IMG/VR virus record: IMGVR_UViG_3300014720_000151
Span: 1-27,163 of that record
DNA length: 27,163 nucleotides
Source of the DNA: a virus
Taxonomy: Duplodnaviria; Caudoviricetes
Direction: 5' to 3' (one strand)
The notes under the pieces were generated by a model. The model searched no databases and had not been told where the DNA came from. It saw only the letters and a program-made list of their open reading frames with translations. This document shows positions 18,301-24,810 of this stretch, in pieces; position 1 is the first letter of the stretch; each line of letters opens with the position of its first letter. The position numbers and the translations under genes are program-made.

Positions 18301-19847
18301 TCCGAAGTAATATAAAATATAATGGTGGCAAAGTTGTAAGGAAACAAGGAGAGGGTTATGAGTTTAGAGGCGATAGGATAAACATTATTGATTTCAAAAA
18401 AACTAACAAGAAACTAACTGATACTGTTGTATATGAACTTGATAATACAGAAATTCCTGGTAAAAAAGATTTAATAACATTTTACTTTACAAGTACGCAG
18501 ATAGATGGTAGTAAAGGTAGAGCTGCTGAGGCAATAGTTTTTCGTGCTGCCTTTGATAGTATAACTGACAACCACAAACCAAGTTGGAGTCCTCAAATGT
18601 ATATGGGTAGAGGAGATCCAATTTATTTATTTGGTTCTTATGAAAGGGATGTTAGTTTTGGATTTACTGTTCACATTGGATCTCGCGATGAACAGGCAGC
18701 AACATGGCGTAAATTAAATTATCTGGCATCATGGACTGCTCCCGATTATAGCACAGGTCGTTTTCGTTCACCATTATGCCGTTTGAATTTAGGGCATCTA
18801 TTTAGAAAGACTCCTGGATTCATAAACTCATTATCATATACATTTGATAATGCTGGTGGAACTTGGGAAACTGGACACTTAAAAGAAGATAAAAACTATA
18901 ATAACGAAGAAGTAAAACCAGGCGTATTACAACTGCCAAAAACAATACAAGTTGCAGTTGGATTTACCGTTATAGGCAATTATCGTCCTGAATGGGGTGG
19001 TGTGATGTATTCATTGTATGATGATAAAGGCGATGGATTGATGCCAAAATTAAGTTCAGACGATGAACAAATAAACTTCTTCCGAATAAATGATGGTGCA
19101 GGCACTTCACCTGATATCAATGATGATCCAACGAGAGAGGCAAACTTGAAAGAATGGGACGATAATGTTAAAGACGGTCAAGACACAGAAATAACAGCCG
19201 AAGAATATAAAAAGATGGGATATAAACAGGTTACATATGAACAGAGAGTTCAAGTCCCAGCACCAACAACAGAAGATCCTGATGCCGTGAAAGAAGAAGT
19301 ACAAACAATTACAACTTGGGTTCCAGAAGGTAGTGCCGATGAATTTAAGAGGAAAATGAAGCAGTCATTTGATAGAGGCAGTGATTCAACACTAACACCG
19401 GAACAAGAAGAAGCACAAGCAAGGGCGTTTGATCAAAAATCAAGTGACGAGGCCAAAGCGAGACGAGCAAAAAGGACAGCTGATGATGCAGCAAAAGCAG
19501 CGGCAGCAAATGCAAACCCTCAATCCGATATTCGTATTAAAGAAAACATTAGACCTATTGGATATGGTTTAACTGATGTTATGAAATTAAATCCAGTTCA
19601 ATATAACATGACTGAAAATGGTGATGAACAAGTTGGATTTATAGCACAAGAAATGTTGCAGATTATTCCAGAAGTGGTTTATGGAAAAGAAGGCGATGTA
19701 TCAAAAGGCGAGATACTAACATTATCATATCAACATCTTGTATCAGTATTAACTAAGGCAATACAAGAACAACAACAAATGATAGAAACTCAATCAAACA
19801 GAATAGATGAATTGGAAAATAAGATTAAAGACGTAAATACTAAATAA
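12357..19847 (+). CDS. Giant repeat-containing virion protein: N-terminal repeats, a tube-initiator/baseplate-like domain and a C-terminal peptidase S74-like intramolecular chaperone
   Basis: 2496-aa ORF with an AAGGA RBS. 'FRAAFDSITDNHKPSW...MGRGDPIYLFGSYERDVSFGFTV...LNYLASWTAPDY...GFINSLSYT...WE...LPKTIQVAVGFTVI' looks like a T4 gp48/gp54-type tube-fold domain. 'SDIRIKENI...KLNPVQY...VGFIAQEM...IPEVV...LSYQHLVSVLTKAIQE' plus a coiled coil (19524-19847) is the S74/ICA signature. Confidence 0.8.
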   Translation: MALVDLKSDLSKYRSEVSKEGKSSPDASSATSDKNFATNQPITDKLYKEVPNIKKPKVVSLTSRLGKTKLDDIKKPKPRDITKKLGTTELDNTKKPNKIDLVGKLESSKFDDIVIPSDKRVELQDRLSSTKLDDIVQTPVENLLINSVSSLSPSVSDSRLPLASGIGLDQIESKFSKISQTRFQSRLAESDVEINPTTPGQNNNRSDTDINRPPQTFDREDSSPDISRNINDAVDNVTDPGIVINVSPQSFDRTDQAVAINTDVLSPIGNITNPLIQITRPPQFFDRTENLVEITKNINDAVDNIIIPEIEPIIPPLSFSRQEQSPNIITDTIKEGLVVNPDVTVLRLDQGTIHTNDGSEFNIDGTPIKFIGTSELEKMIEVDDKGPIRYSGTTIHDTDRSQLNLDGITPTFPGGRYDRTVNSLYSILGLQEVNFFSNQFAIGFNQRQQLGDSKYIGFSQFVWIGGSDDGPFTNAFVDTNGRGFQTFVDPAESLYQPNSSQFDFTKITGVNFFDGNNNNTLGGFTVFTQPQITEYKTETSFLGWQGNRLGAPAVNYFDNIFLNTSKGFTKFAELGQSDYIPDSSIFDYDGNKQQAPSVNYFDQAGVNSNMGFHNFAGFMDSKYVQDSSQYVWVGNSTENAPAVDYLDQFKQFTNTGFHVFAQKYDTKYVKNSSEFIWDGNRQDAPAVNYFDLTTKKTFDGFNTFAQPYESLYVPDSSRFTWVGTRDDAPFVNYLDILSANTLSGFDIFTPFLETKYKNESSTYTWNQNRQDAPIVNYFDIQNQYVNSGFDKFHALHDTRYVKDSSQFDFDGNKQQAPAVNYFDLIGKFTSVGFHTFPVFKESKYIKDSSEFDWNGSRIDAPAINYFDLQGTHTTTGFYTFASEFDSKYIKESSRFDWDGARNAAPAVNYFDLPEKFTKTGFHTFAALRDSKYIAESSEFDWDGKRGDSPEVNFFDIRKRVTTAGFHRLAEIYDTKYVPEISIFDWDGSRDESPQVNYFDLRGKFTKIGFHRLAEIYDSKYVKDSSEFTFIGKFPKAGTDYFDKEKLNQTGFTLNIQPKGKSKPAGTEYFHESSFYTFKGGRPGNPLESVIDFFANTNQSGFTMDIKRNEGLPPTEYVAESSRFDFDGSRPKPQSFFPDSNQSGFTLDIMAKGSSRPGTEYKTESSIFDFDGGRPAKQSFFPDDNQGGFTIDIMPKGAGNPDTEYVNESSRFGFAGLRPSGINYFPDDNQTGFSIDIMRKGSGRPLTEYSTESSGFAWKGSRTGAPSNNYFGLYRTPTGKQYLDVQQKNNTTQAGRGFQTFYTDKTVTNYQSGYSIHSTESGNNKVKFGGLNTPVTNFFGFSPLKRDGFLPKMTTNDGTLYPIINPTLTYNLDDGGRLAVSNARASAGVTTVKGEEFAPLSLGKRPWTQPGTLASLENQVPNITINDSTHPYYVSSRAVLPKTAGAYNKKYERTMRDNRQINGSYLYGLSENVGQLNLQYKKFQLQPNSYASNGFRQDPYILRGIQVKDSVKNELWGNKRFTSGSVEFLAKGGYSDEFGNVNEVDVQRIDKWLQSPRGLKWQTLQKQLYDNNALVDTLNGWDEPSTLDSPTAKTRMYNTTSLLDSIRDNTFRGRTIRIRHGDKPNADDPDDFDYYERVVKKMNPSSTSEFGNKSDVMDFPRESSSSGTMLSSAIKTARNVYSVYKYNRLIALLSELIPSAFVPINSKLPAAISDAYKNRGSEISRLSGKGGPNSGTDSNAITVINRASHPFMIHYNTSGILPETYPSTAKRETWFGPKTKTGDSAEDATGTNNTYSGRLEKQFRDSTNTFDGVITALSYLLSGSFLKGKESQEYPGGKDNPENFAYVQQSTYRLLQQKEPFTPKPIAFIDRTRANIAGDVDIPSTLPIKLPDVLTQTPSGETQADAPIKQYAAVAYGKLKKIPRGDANRSHDYNDFRHDIEWGDKKKTFSTDPAVIDYKTNNLEDKFGFGNPGKVGADRSKPFRSNIKYNGGKVVRKQGEGYEFRGDRINIIDFKKTNKKLTDTVVYELDNTEIPGKKDLITFYFTSTQIDGSKGRAAEAIVFRAAFDSITDNHKPSWSPQMYMGRGDPIYLFGSYERDVSFGFTVHIGSRDEQAATWRKLNYLASWTAPDYSTGRFRSPLCRLNLGHLFRKTPGFINSLSYTFDNAGGTWETGHLKEDKNYNNEEVKPGVLQLPKTIQVAVGFTVIGNYRPEWGGVMYSLYDDKGDGLMPKLSSDDEQINFFRINDGAGTSPDINDDPTREANLKEWDDNVKDGQDTEITAEEYKKMGYKQVTYEQRVQVPAPTTEDPDAVKEEVQTITTWVPEGSADEFKRKMKQSFDRGSDSTLTPEQEEAQARAFDQKSSDEAKARRAKRTADDAAKAAAANANPQSDIRIKENIRPIGYGLTDVMKLNPVQYNMTENGDEQVGFIAQEMLQIIPEVVYGKEGDVSKGEILTLSYQHLVSVLTKAIQEQQQMIETQSNRIDELENKIKDVNTK
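12546..12770 (+). repeat. About four copies of a ~20-aa repeat, (R/K)LxxT(K/E)LDD
   Basis: RLGKTKLDDI / KLGTTELDNT / KLESSKFDDI / RLSSTKLDDI. Confidence 0.7.
12990..13390 (+). repeat. Four copies of a ~34-aa repeat, PPQxFDR...NIxxP
   Basis: RPPQTFDRED / VSPQSFDRTD / RPPQFFDRTE / IPPLSFSRQE, with 'NINDAVDN' in units 1 and 3. Confidence 0.75.
13653..16166 (+). repeat. About 19 tandem copies of a ~44-aa aromatic-rich repeat
   Basis: Approximate consensus VNYFDLxxxxTxxGFHxFAxxxDSKYxxDSSxFDWDGxRxxAPA. The last ~5 units shift to a subtype xxFFPDxNQxGFTxDIMxKGxxxPxTEYxxESSxFxFxGxRP. Confidence 0.92.
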
Positions 19848-19868
19848 TTTCAAATTTATTCAAATCAT

Positions 19869-19876
19869 ATATTTAT
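19869..19876 (+). promoter_or_regulatory. ATATTTAT element (putative late promoter)
   Basis: Intergenic, before the LysM-like gene. Confidence 0.7.
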
Positions 19877-19910
19877 TAGTATGTTGTATATTTTATAGTG
19901 GAACAATAGT

Positions 19911-20246
19911 ATGCCCAATAGATACGAAGAATCTGATATAATAACTGGAGTAAATAAAACTAATCCAGACGGTTCACAAAGGCGTGTTAGTAAATTATCA
20001 AGTATTTTTTATCCAAGTTTTTTTAATAATGAGGATATTTTTATAGTTTCGCACTTGGGGGATAGATTAGATAATCTTGCTTATGATTACTATGGAGATG
20101 CATCTTATTGGTTTGTTCTCGCCTCTGTTAATAATTTGGGTAGGGGGAGTTTAGCAATACCTCCTGGATTAGTAATAAGAATACCATATTATGATAAAAT
20201 AACCGGTACTGGTGCTCTGTTCCAACAGTATAACTTTACGAGGTAA
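19911..20246 (+). CDS. LysM-like baseplate wedge protein (T4 gp53 / P2 gpX-like)
   Basis: 111 aa with 'GDRLDNLAYDYYGDASYWFVLASVNNL...IPPGLVIRIP'. Confidence 0.85.
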   Translation: MPNRYEESDIITGVNKTNPDGSQRRVSKLSSIFYPSFFNNEDIFIVSHLGDRLDNLAYDYYGDASYWFVLASVNNLGRGSLAIPPGLVIRIPYYDKITGTGALFQQYNFTR

Positions 20247-20248
20247 TT

Positions 20249-22267
20249 ATGGCACATAGTATAGGTATAACAAACCCGTTTCTTAGGCCACCGGGTCCTG
20301 GTGCAGGTGAAGTTAATGCTCGTGGTGTTATCTACGGTAGAAAAATTCGTGGTGGTGCAGATCCAGCATCCGCTGGAATTTATTGGGCATATGGTAGAAA
20401 AACTTGGGCAAATGCAGGTGGTTTAACTTTTCCAAAAGGAAAAGAGCATATAACATCTGGTGGTAGTATTTCACTTTACAAATCAAGTTCACATACACCT
20501 ACGCTTCCAATTTTAACCGGAGTTGATACATCAAATGAAGGTGCAATGGGATCTGTAATAAAAGCATCAATTAGTTTTACAATTTATCCTGCACTAACTG
20601 CAGGTGGTTTTGAATTAGGATTTGGTGGTGCATTTTTCAAACCAGGTGCGAACATAGGTGTTTCATTTGGATGGACAACATGGGCTGCTTCTTCATGTGC
20701 TTCTAAATTTGGTTTCAATGGTATGGTTATGGATTTTAGTTGGTCAGTCAATACAGATGTTTCTATCAATGCATCCACATCGCTTCTTGCTCAGGGTGTT
20801 ATTGCAACTGGAGTAACTGGCAATCTTTCAAAGAAAAGTGCAGCTCCTGCACCATCTTCGCCAACATCAAACGCGTCAGGTGGAACAACATCATCAACCG
20901 CCACTCCAGCAGACGATCCACCATTTGCTCCTCTTGATGCTAAACAACTTATAGCAATTGGTTCGGATTTAGGAACAGAGATTGATAAAGCAATGGCTCA
21001 ATTAAATCCTATTCTTTCTCCTGGAAGTGGTGGAGCAGCAGGTGCAATCGGTAGTCCAGTCATATCGGGTACAGGTGCTCCCGAAGAAATATATGGCATT
21101 AAAGCATGGGAAGTAAAGGATGACACAACCATAGGTAAATTACAATTCTGTGCAGTTGGTATTCCATGGCAGCCGGATCCACCAGAAACAGATGAAGTTA
21201 GTAAATTCGATGAAGCAGCAGTTGCCGGTGGCAGCGCAGGTTCTGCTGGTTCATCAGGATCACCAATTCCGTCAGGAGGCAGCGCGGGAAGTGCAGGTAA
21301 AATAACAAAACCTATTGTTAAAAAGTTTTGGTATGTTAATTTTGGTAGCATGGAAGATTTCTTAAAAGAACTAATTGTTTCAGCAACAAGAGGTGCTGTA
21401 AAGGGTGTTGATATAAAAAATAAAACCACACCAGGTGGTCCAGGTGGACAAGGATATATGAGTGCATATCCAATGGAAGTTTTATGGCCATCATGCAATT
21501 ATGGTAGTGGAACACCAGGTGTTGCAACAAATGGTGGACCAATTGGTAGTATATGGTATAATTGTGATTATGTTAAAGAAACTTGGAGACAATTTTTTAA
21601 TGATAATAATGATGGCAATGCTAATCAAAAAAACTTAACGAGTTTTCTAAACGAATTGTGTAAAAGAGCAAATGAAGCGGCAGGAGATTGGTGGCAGTTG
21701 GCTACACAAGTTATTGAGAAATTTCCAAGTTGTGGCGGTGTTGGAACGGTTCAATCTGTATTGTCAGTAGAAGATATGAGTTATTGTGAACCAGAAGGTG
21801 GGTTCGGGTTCAATGCCAGTTTTGGAAAACCGATGTTAAAAAATGTCAGTATATCATGTAAAACGAGTTCAACAATGGGTGCAGCAATAATGGGTGGTGG
21901 TAATGTTGATACACCCGGTAAACCTAATGCATCACATGGATCGGATCCTAGTGCAGGAATAGACAGTCTAATAGATCAACTCGAGCAAAATGGTGTAAAT
22001 ACTACTTGGGGCGATTCTATGAAAGGTTGTTTGAAGTTAAAGAAAAAATCTCAACCTGGTCATCATTCAAAAAAGAGGATATTGTTTCCTATTGATTTTA
22101 GTGTTACAATAGATGGATGTTCTGGATGGGGATTTAATGAGGCAATAAATACAAATCTTAAACCTCCAGGATACGGCGGTTCTGTTTTCGCGATAAATGG
22201 TATCAATAATAAAATAGATGTCAATACTTGGGAGACAAGTTTGAAAGGAATAATGAGGTTAGGATAA
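20249..22267 (+). CDS. Probable baseplate hub protein (gp27/gpD-like) with Gly/Ser/Pro-rich insertions
   Basis: 672 aa with a GAGG RBS, following the LysM gene. The C-terminus 'PIDFSVTIDGCSGW...FAINGINNKIDVNTWETSLKG' resembles hub C-terminal strands. Mainly synteny. Confidence 0.55.
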   Translation: MAHSIGITNPFLRPPGPGAGEVNARGVIYGRKIRGGADPASAGIYWAYGRKTWANAGGLTFPKGKEHITSGGSISLYKSSSHTPTLPILTGVDTSNEGAMGSVIKASISFTIYPALTAGGFELGFGGAFFKPGANIGVSFGWTTWAASSCASKFGFNGMVMDFSWSVNTDVSINASTSLLAQGVIATGVTGNLSKKSAAPAPSSPTSNASGGTTSSTATPADDPPFAPLDAKQLIAIGSDLGTEIDKAMAQLNPILSPGSGGAAGAIGSPVISGTGAPEEIYGIKAWEVKDDTTIGKLQFCAVGIPWQPDPPETDEVSKFDEAAVAGGSAGSAGSSGSPIPSGGSAGSAGKITKPIVKKFWYVNFGSMEDFLKELIVSATRGAVKGVDIKNKTTPGGPGGQGYMSAYPMEVLWPSCNYGSGTPGVATNGGPIGSIWYNCDYVKETWRQFFNDNNDGNANQKNLTSFLNELCKRANEAAGDWWQLATQVIEKFPSCGGVGTVQSVLSVEDMSYCEPEGGFGFNASFGKPMLKNVSISCKTSSTMGAAIMGGGNVDTPGKPNASHGSDPSAGIDSLIDQLEQNGVNTTWGDSMKGCLKLKKKSQPGHHSKKRILFPIDFSVTIDGCSGWGFNEAINTNLKPPGYGGSVFAINGINNKIDVNTWETSLKGIMRLG

Positions 22268-23259
22268 TGAATATAAAAGATTTTAGACAAAAAATTTATT
22301 ATCCAGAAAATCAAATAGCAAAAAACTTATTTACCAACGGTGGTGAGTTTATGTTGTTGAGAAACTTTGAAGAATATGTTGGTTTCTATCATAGATACAC
22401 GACTGGTGAAGTTTTTACCCAACATGAATGGAATGCTCTAAAATCGGAAAGATTGATTAGATTTAGAAATTTGTCCGAACCAAAAAAGAAGTATTATGAC
22501 TTAAAACATTTCTACAAAAAAAGACCAAGTCATCCAGGTATTCGTAGAAAAAAAACAAATAATGAAGATGAATACTACAAATTTAGTGCACCAAGACCGG
22601 TAAAAAGAAAACTAACACAAAAAGAAATTGATGCAGGTTCTACATTTAGATACTTTATCACAAAGAGAAATGAAAGAGAAAGAGTGTTTTTTGAAATATC
22701 TCCAGAACAAGCACAAAATTATGGCGATAGTAATAGTGGTATAAATCAATATCTTTATGAAATGATTTCGTTACCTTGGAAAGTAGACGGTCCTGAATTT
22801 GATATTCACGATGGTTACTTGCTAAAGATGCCGGGCGTAATTGATACTAATTTGCGTATAATTGATAGGTATGCAAAAAAATATAGGTTGATTTCACAGT
22901 TAGTTCGCAATCCAAGAGAATTAACCGTATATGAGAATGTTCCTGCAGTAAAACCTAGAGTTGAAACAAAAGAACCACCTATTGTAAATGTTTCTTCTCC
23001 TGAAAATTCTGTGCGTGAGATTCCGTTCAATAGAATTGAAAAAGGAGGTGAGGTATCTCCCATTGGTCTTGGTTATGAGGAAGTAAAACCTAGAGTTGAA
23101 ACAAAAGAACCACCTATTGTAAATCTTCCAAAACCTAGAGTTGAAACACGTGAATCACCTAATGTAAATGTTCCTTCTACTGGAAATTCTGTGCGTGGGA
23201 TTCCGTCCAATAGTACTGTAACAAGAAGTGAGGTATCTCGTATTGGTACTGGTTATTAG
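22267..23259 (+). CDS. Hypothetical late protein with a duplicated C-terminal tail
   Basis: The likely start is the ATG at 22267 (TAATG overlap with the previous stop), giving 330 aa, rather than 22228. Aromatic/basic body ('EEYVGFYHRY...GEVFT', 'FRYFITKRN', 'LPWKVDGP'). Confidence 0.8.
   Translation: MNIKDFRQKIYYPENQIAKNLFTNGGEFMLLRNFEEYVGFYHRYTTGEVFTQHEWNALKSERLIRFRNLSEPKKKYYDLKHFYKKRPSHPGIRRKKTNNEDEYYKFSAPRPVKRKLTQKEIDAGSTFRYFITKRNERERVFFEISPEQAQNYGDSNSGINQYLYEMISLPWKVDGPEFDIHDGYLLKMPGVIDTNLRIIDRYAKKYRLISQLVRNPRELTVYENVPAVKPRVETKEPPIVNVSSPENSVREIPFNRIEKGGEVSPIGLGYEEVKPRVETKEPPIVNLPKPRVETRESPNVNVPSTGNSVRGIPSNSTVTRSEVSRIGTGY
22948..23259 (+). repeat. Direct repeats: two 129-bp copies (22951-23079, 23131-23259) plus a 42-bp exact partial copy (22948-22989 = 23083-23124)
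   Basis: Hand alignment gives 21 mismatches over 129 nt with no gaps. Confidence 0.92.
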
Positions 23260-23276
23260 AATGTATAAATTTTTAT

Positions 23277-23307
23277 TTTGAATTTATGTAAAAAGTTTGT
23301 ATATTTG
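23277..23307 (+). promoter_or_regulatory. Bacteroidota-type housekeeping promoter (-33 TTTG / -7 TAnnTTTG)
   Basis: TTTG at 23277-23280, a 19-nt spacer, then TATATTTG at 23300-23307, 30 nt before the polymerase ATG. Confidence 0.7.
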
Positions 23308-23337
23308 TGATTATCTACATTCAAAATAAAATATACC

Positions 23338-24552
23338 ATGACATTTGAAGAAAAACCTTCGGTTTGCATTCCAATCATAAGCAATCCAAACAAACACCCG
23401 TCTGCAGTTGGCATTATCGGTATGTATTTTCTATTTACCGATGGCGAAGAACAATACATAAACTTTACACATCCAGATGAAGTAGATACAGACATTCAGT
23501 TGAATGAAATAAAACTGCACCCAAAAACACTTGTATTCAATAAGAAGGCATTGGTCTATAACGGTTTTAATGATGGTGTAGATCTAAATTCATATCTACA
23601 TTATTATACGTCAGACCATATCAATTCAAAAGAATTTTATCCAAAGGGAATGGAAACACTTGCCAACAAATTCTACAAGATAGAAGATTTGGGTTATGTT
23701 ATACCACTTTCAAAACAATTTGAATGGGCGAGAAAGATTGCAAAATATGTTATGAGAGTTTACATAGAAAATCCTATTGATCAAAATTGCATTGACTATT
23801 GTAATGATTTCATAAATGTATTCCATGAAATAGAGAGAAACGATATTCTTGTTGGTGATGAAATAAAGAAACAAAACTATATGTGGTACACTACAACTGG
23901 TAGACCAAGTAATGCTTGGGATGGTTTTAACTTCTCTGCGATGAATAAAAAAGACGGTAGTAGAGATAAAATCCGTTCAAGGTTTAACGGTGGTAAGATA
24001 GTTCAATTTGATTATGATGCATTTCACATAAAACTACTTGCTAAGATATTGGATTATCAATTCCAAAGTCATCCATATGAACAAATAAAAGATGAATTAG
24101 GAATTGACATGGACTATGAACAATTCAAAGGAAAAGTTTTTCAGAACATATATGGAACTATAACTCCAGATTTTATAGAACATCCTTTCTTTACAACTGT
24201 TCAAGCAATGATTGATGAAATGTATTCGGTATATGAAACCGATGGTATGGTAAAGTCTTGGTTTTACGAAAAGAATTTTAGAGATATTCAAGATGCAACA
24301 CCTAACAAAGTATTCAATTATGTTCTTCAATCATTGGAAACCGAATACAATGTCCGTAAGATAAAAAGTATTTTACCACATTTACAAAATAAGAAGTCGG
24401 TGTTTATGATGTATCTTTATGATGCTTTCATTTTTGATATTCATCCAGATGAAATGAACTTAATTGATACATTACAGTCTGCATTTGAGACAGATAATAT
24501 GTCAATAAAAATTTATGTTGGCGAGGATTTTGGTCACATTAAACAAATTTAG
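23338..24552 (+). CDS. Compact family-A (PolA-like) DNA polymerase
   Basis: 404 aa. 'TTTGRPS' (TxTGR), motif A 'QFDYDAFHIKLLA', motif B-like 'FKGKVFQNIYG', 'FNYVLQSLETE' and motif C 'YLYDAFIFD'. Confidence 0.82.
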   Translation: MTFEEKPSVCIPIISNPNKHPSAVGIIGMYFLFTDGEEQYINFTHPDEVDTDIQLNEIKLHPKTLVFNKKALVYNGFNDGVDLNSYLHYYTSDHINSKEFYPKGMETLANKFYKIEDLGYVIPLSKQFEWARKIAKYVMRVYIENPIDQNCIDYCNDFINVFHEIERNDILVGDEIKKQNYMWYTTTGRPSNAWDGFNFSAMNKKDGSRDKIRSRFNGGKIVQFDYDAFHIKLLAKILDYQFQSHPYEQIKDELGIDMDYEQFKGKVFQNIYGTITPDFIEHPFFTTVQAMIDEMYSVYETDGMVKSWFYEKNFRDIQDATPNKVFNYVLQSLETEYNVRKIKSILPHLQNKKSVFMMYLYDAFIFDIHPDEMNLIDTLQSAFETDNMSIKIYVGEDFGHIKQI

Positions 24553-24556
24553 GAAC

Positions 24557-24564
24557 ATATTTAT
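24557..24564 (+). promoter_or_regulatory. ATATTTAT element (putative late promoter)
   Basis: Immediately after the polymerase stop, before the 61-aa ORF. Confidence 0.65.
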
Positions 24565-24607
24565 ATGAAGTATGTATGTATTGTAAACTTAACAAATATG
24601 GTTTTAT

Positions 24608-24793
24608 ATGGATTTTAATGAAATTGCAAGAGAATTGATTGAAAAGATAGATACTGATAGATTCAATGTCCACAATGAGACACACATGAATGCGGCAAAA
24701 GAGATACTATCGAGATACATAGATAATGAAGATTTATTATTCCATGTAATGCTTTCGTTGAAGTTTCCAGATAAAAGTGATAAAAAAATATAA
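24608..24793 (+). CDS. Small hypothetical protein (61 aa)
   Basis: Fills the gap after an ATATTTAT element and reads as amphipathic helices. No recognisable motif. Confidence 0.5.
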   Translation: MDFNEIARELIEKIDTDRFNVHNETHMNAAKEILSRYIDNEDLLFHVMLSLKFPDKSDKKI

Positions 24794-24810
24794 ATAATGA
24801 GAGAGATATA

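Noticed and set aside
3856-19847. Inteins or introns explaining the long sheath and the 2496-aa ORF
   Set aside because: I saw no intein splice-junction or LAGLIDADG/HNH motifs and no frame interruptions. Repeats and insertion domains account for the length.
22228-22266. ORF-track start at 22228
   Set aside because: It overlaps the hub gene's C-terminus. The TAATG-coupled ATG at 22267 matches the coupling seen at 2360.
3856-22267. Extracellular contractile injection system or tailocin rather than a phage
   Set aside because: Neck and head-closure-like genes, phoH, a DNA polymerase, putative capsid-internal proteins and single-strand dense coding point to a phage genome. Capsid genes are outside the window, so this is not proven here.
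22951-23259. Diversity-generating retroelement TR/VR pair
   Set aside because: Mismatches are not adenine-specific in either direction, both copies lie within one ORF, and there is no reverse transcriptase in the window.
23257-24552. Stop-codon reassignment (TAG read-through), prompted by the GAG/TAG pair in the duplication
   Set aside because: Very long ORFs are intact under the standard code. The TAG stops at 23259 and 24552 fall at plausible gene ends and are followed by regulatory motifs.
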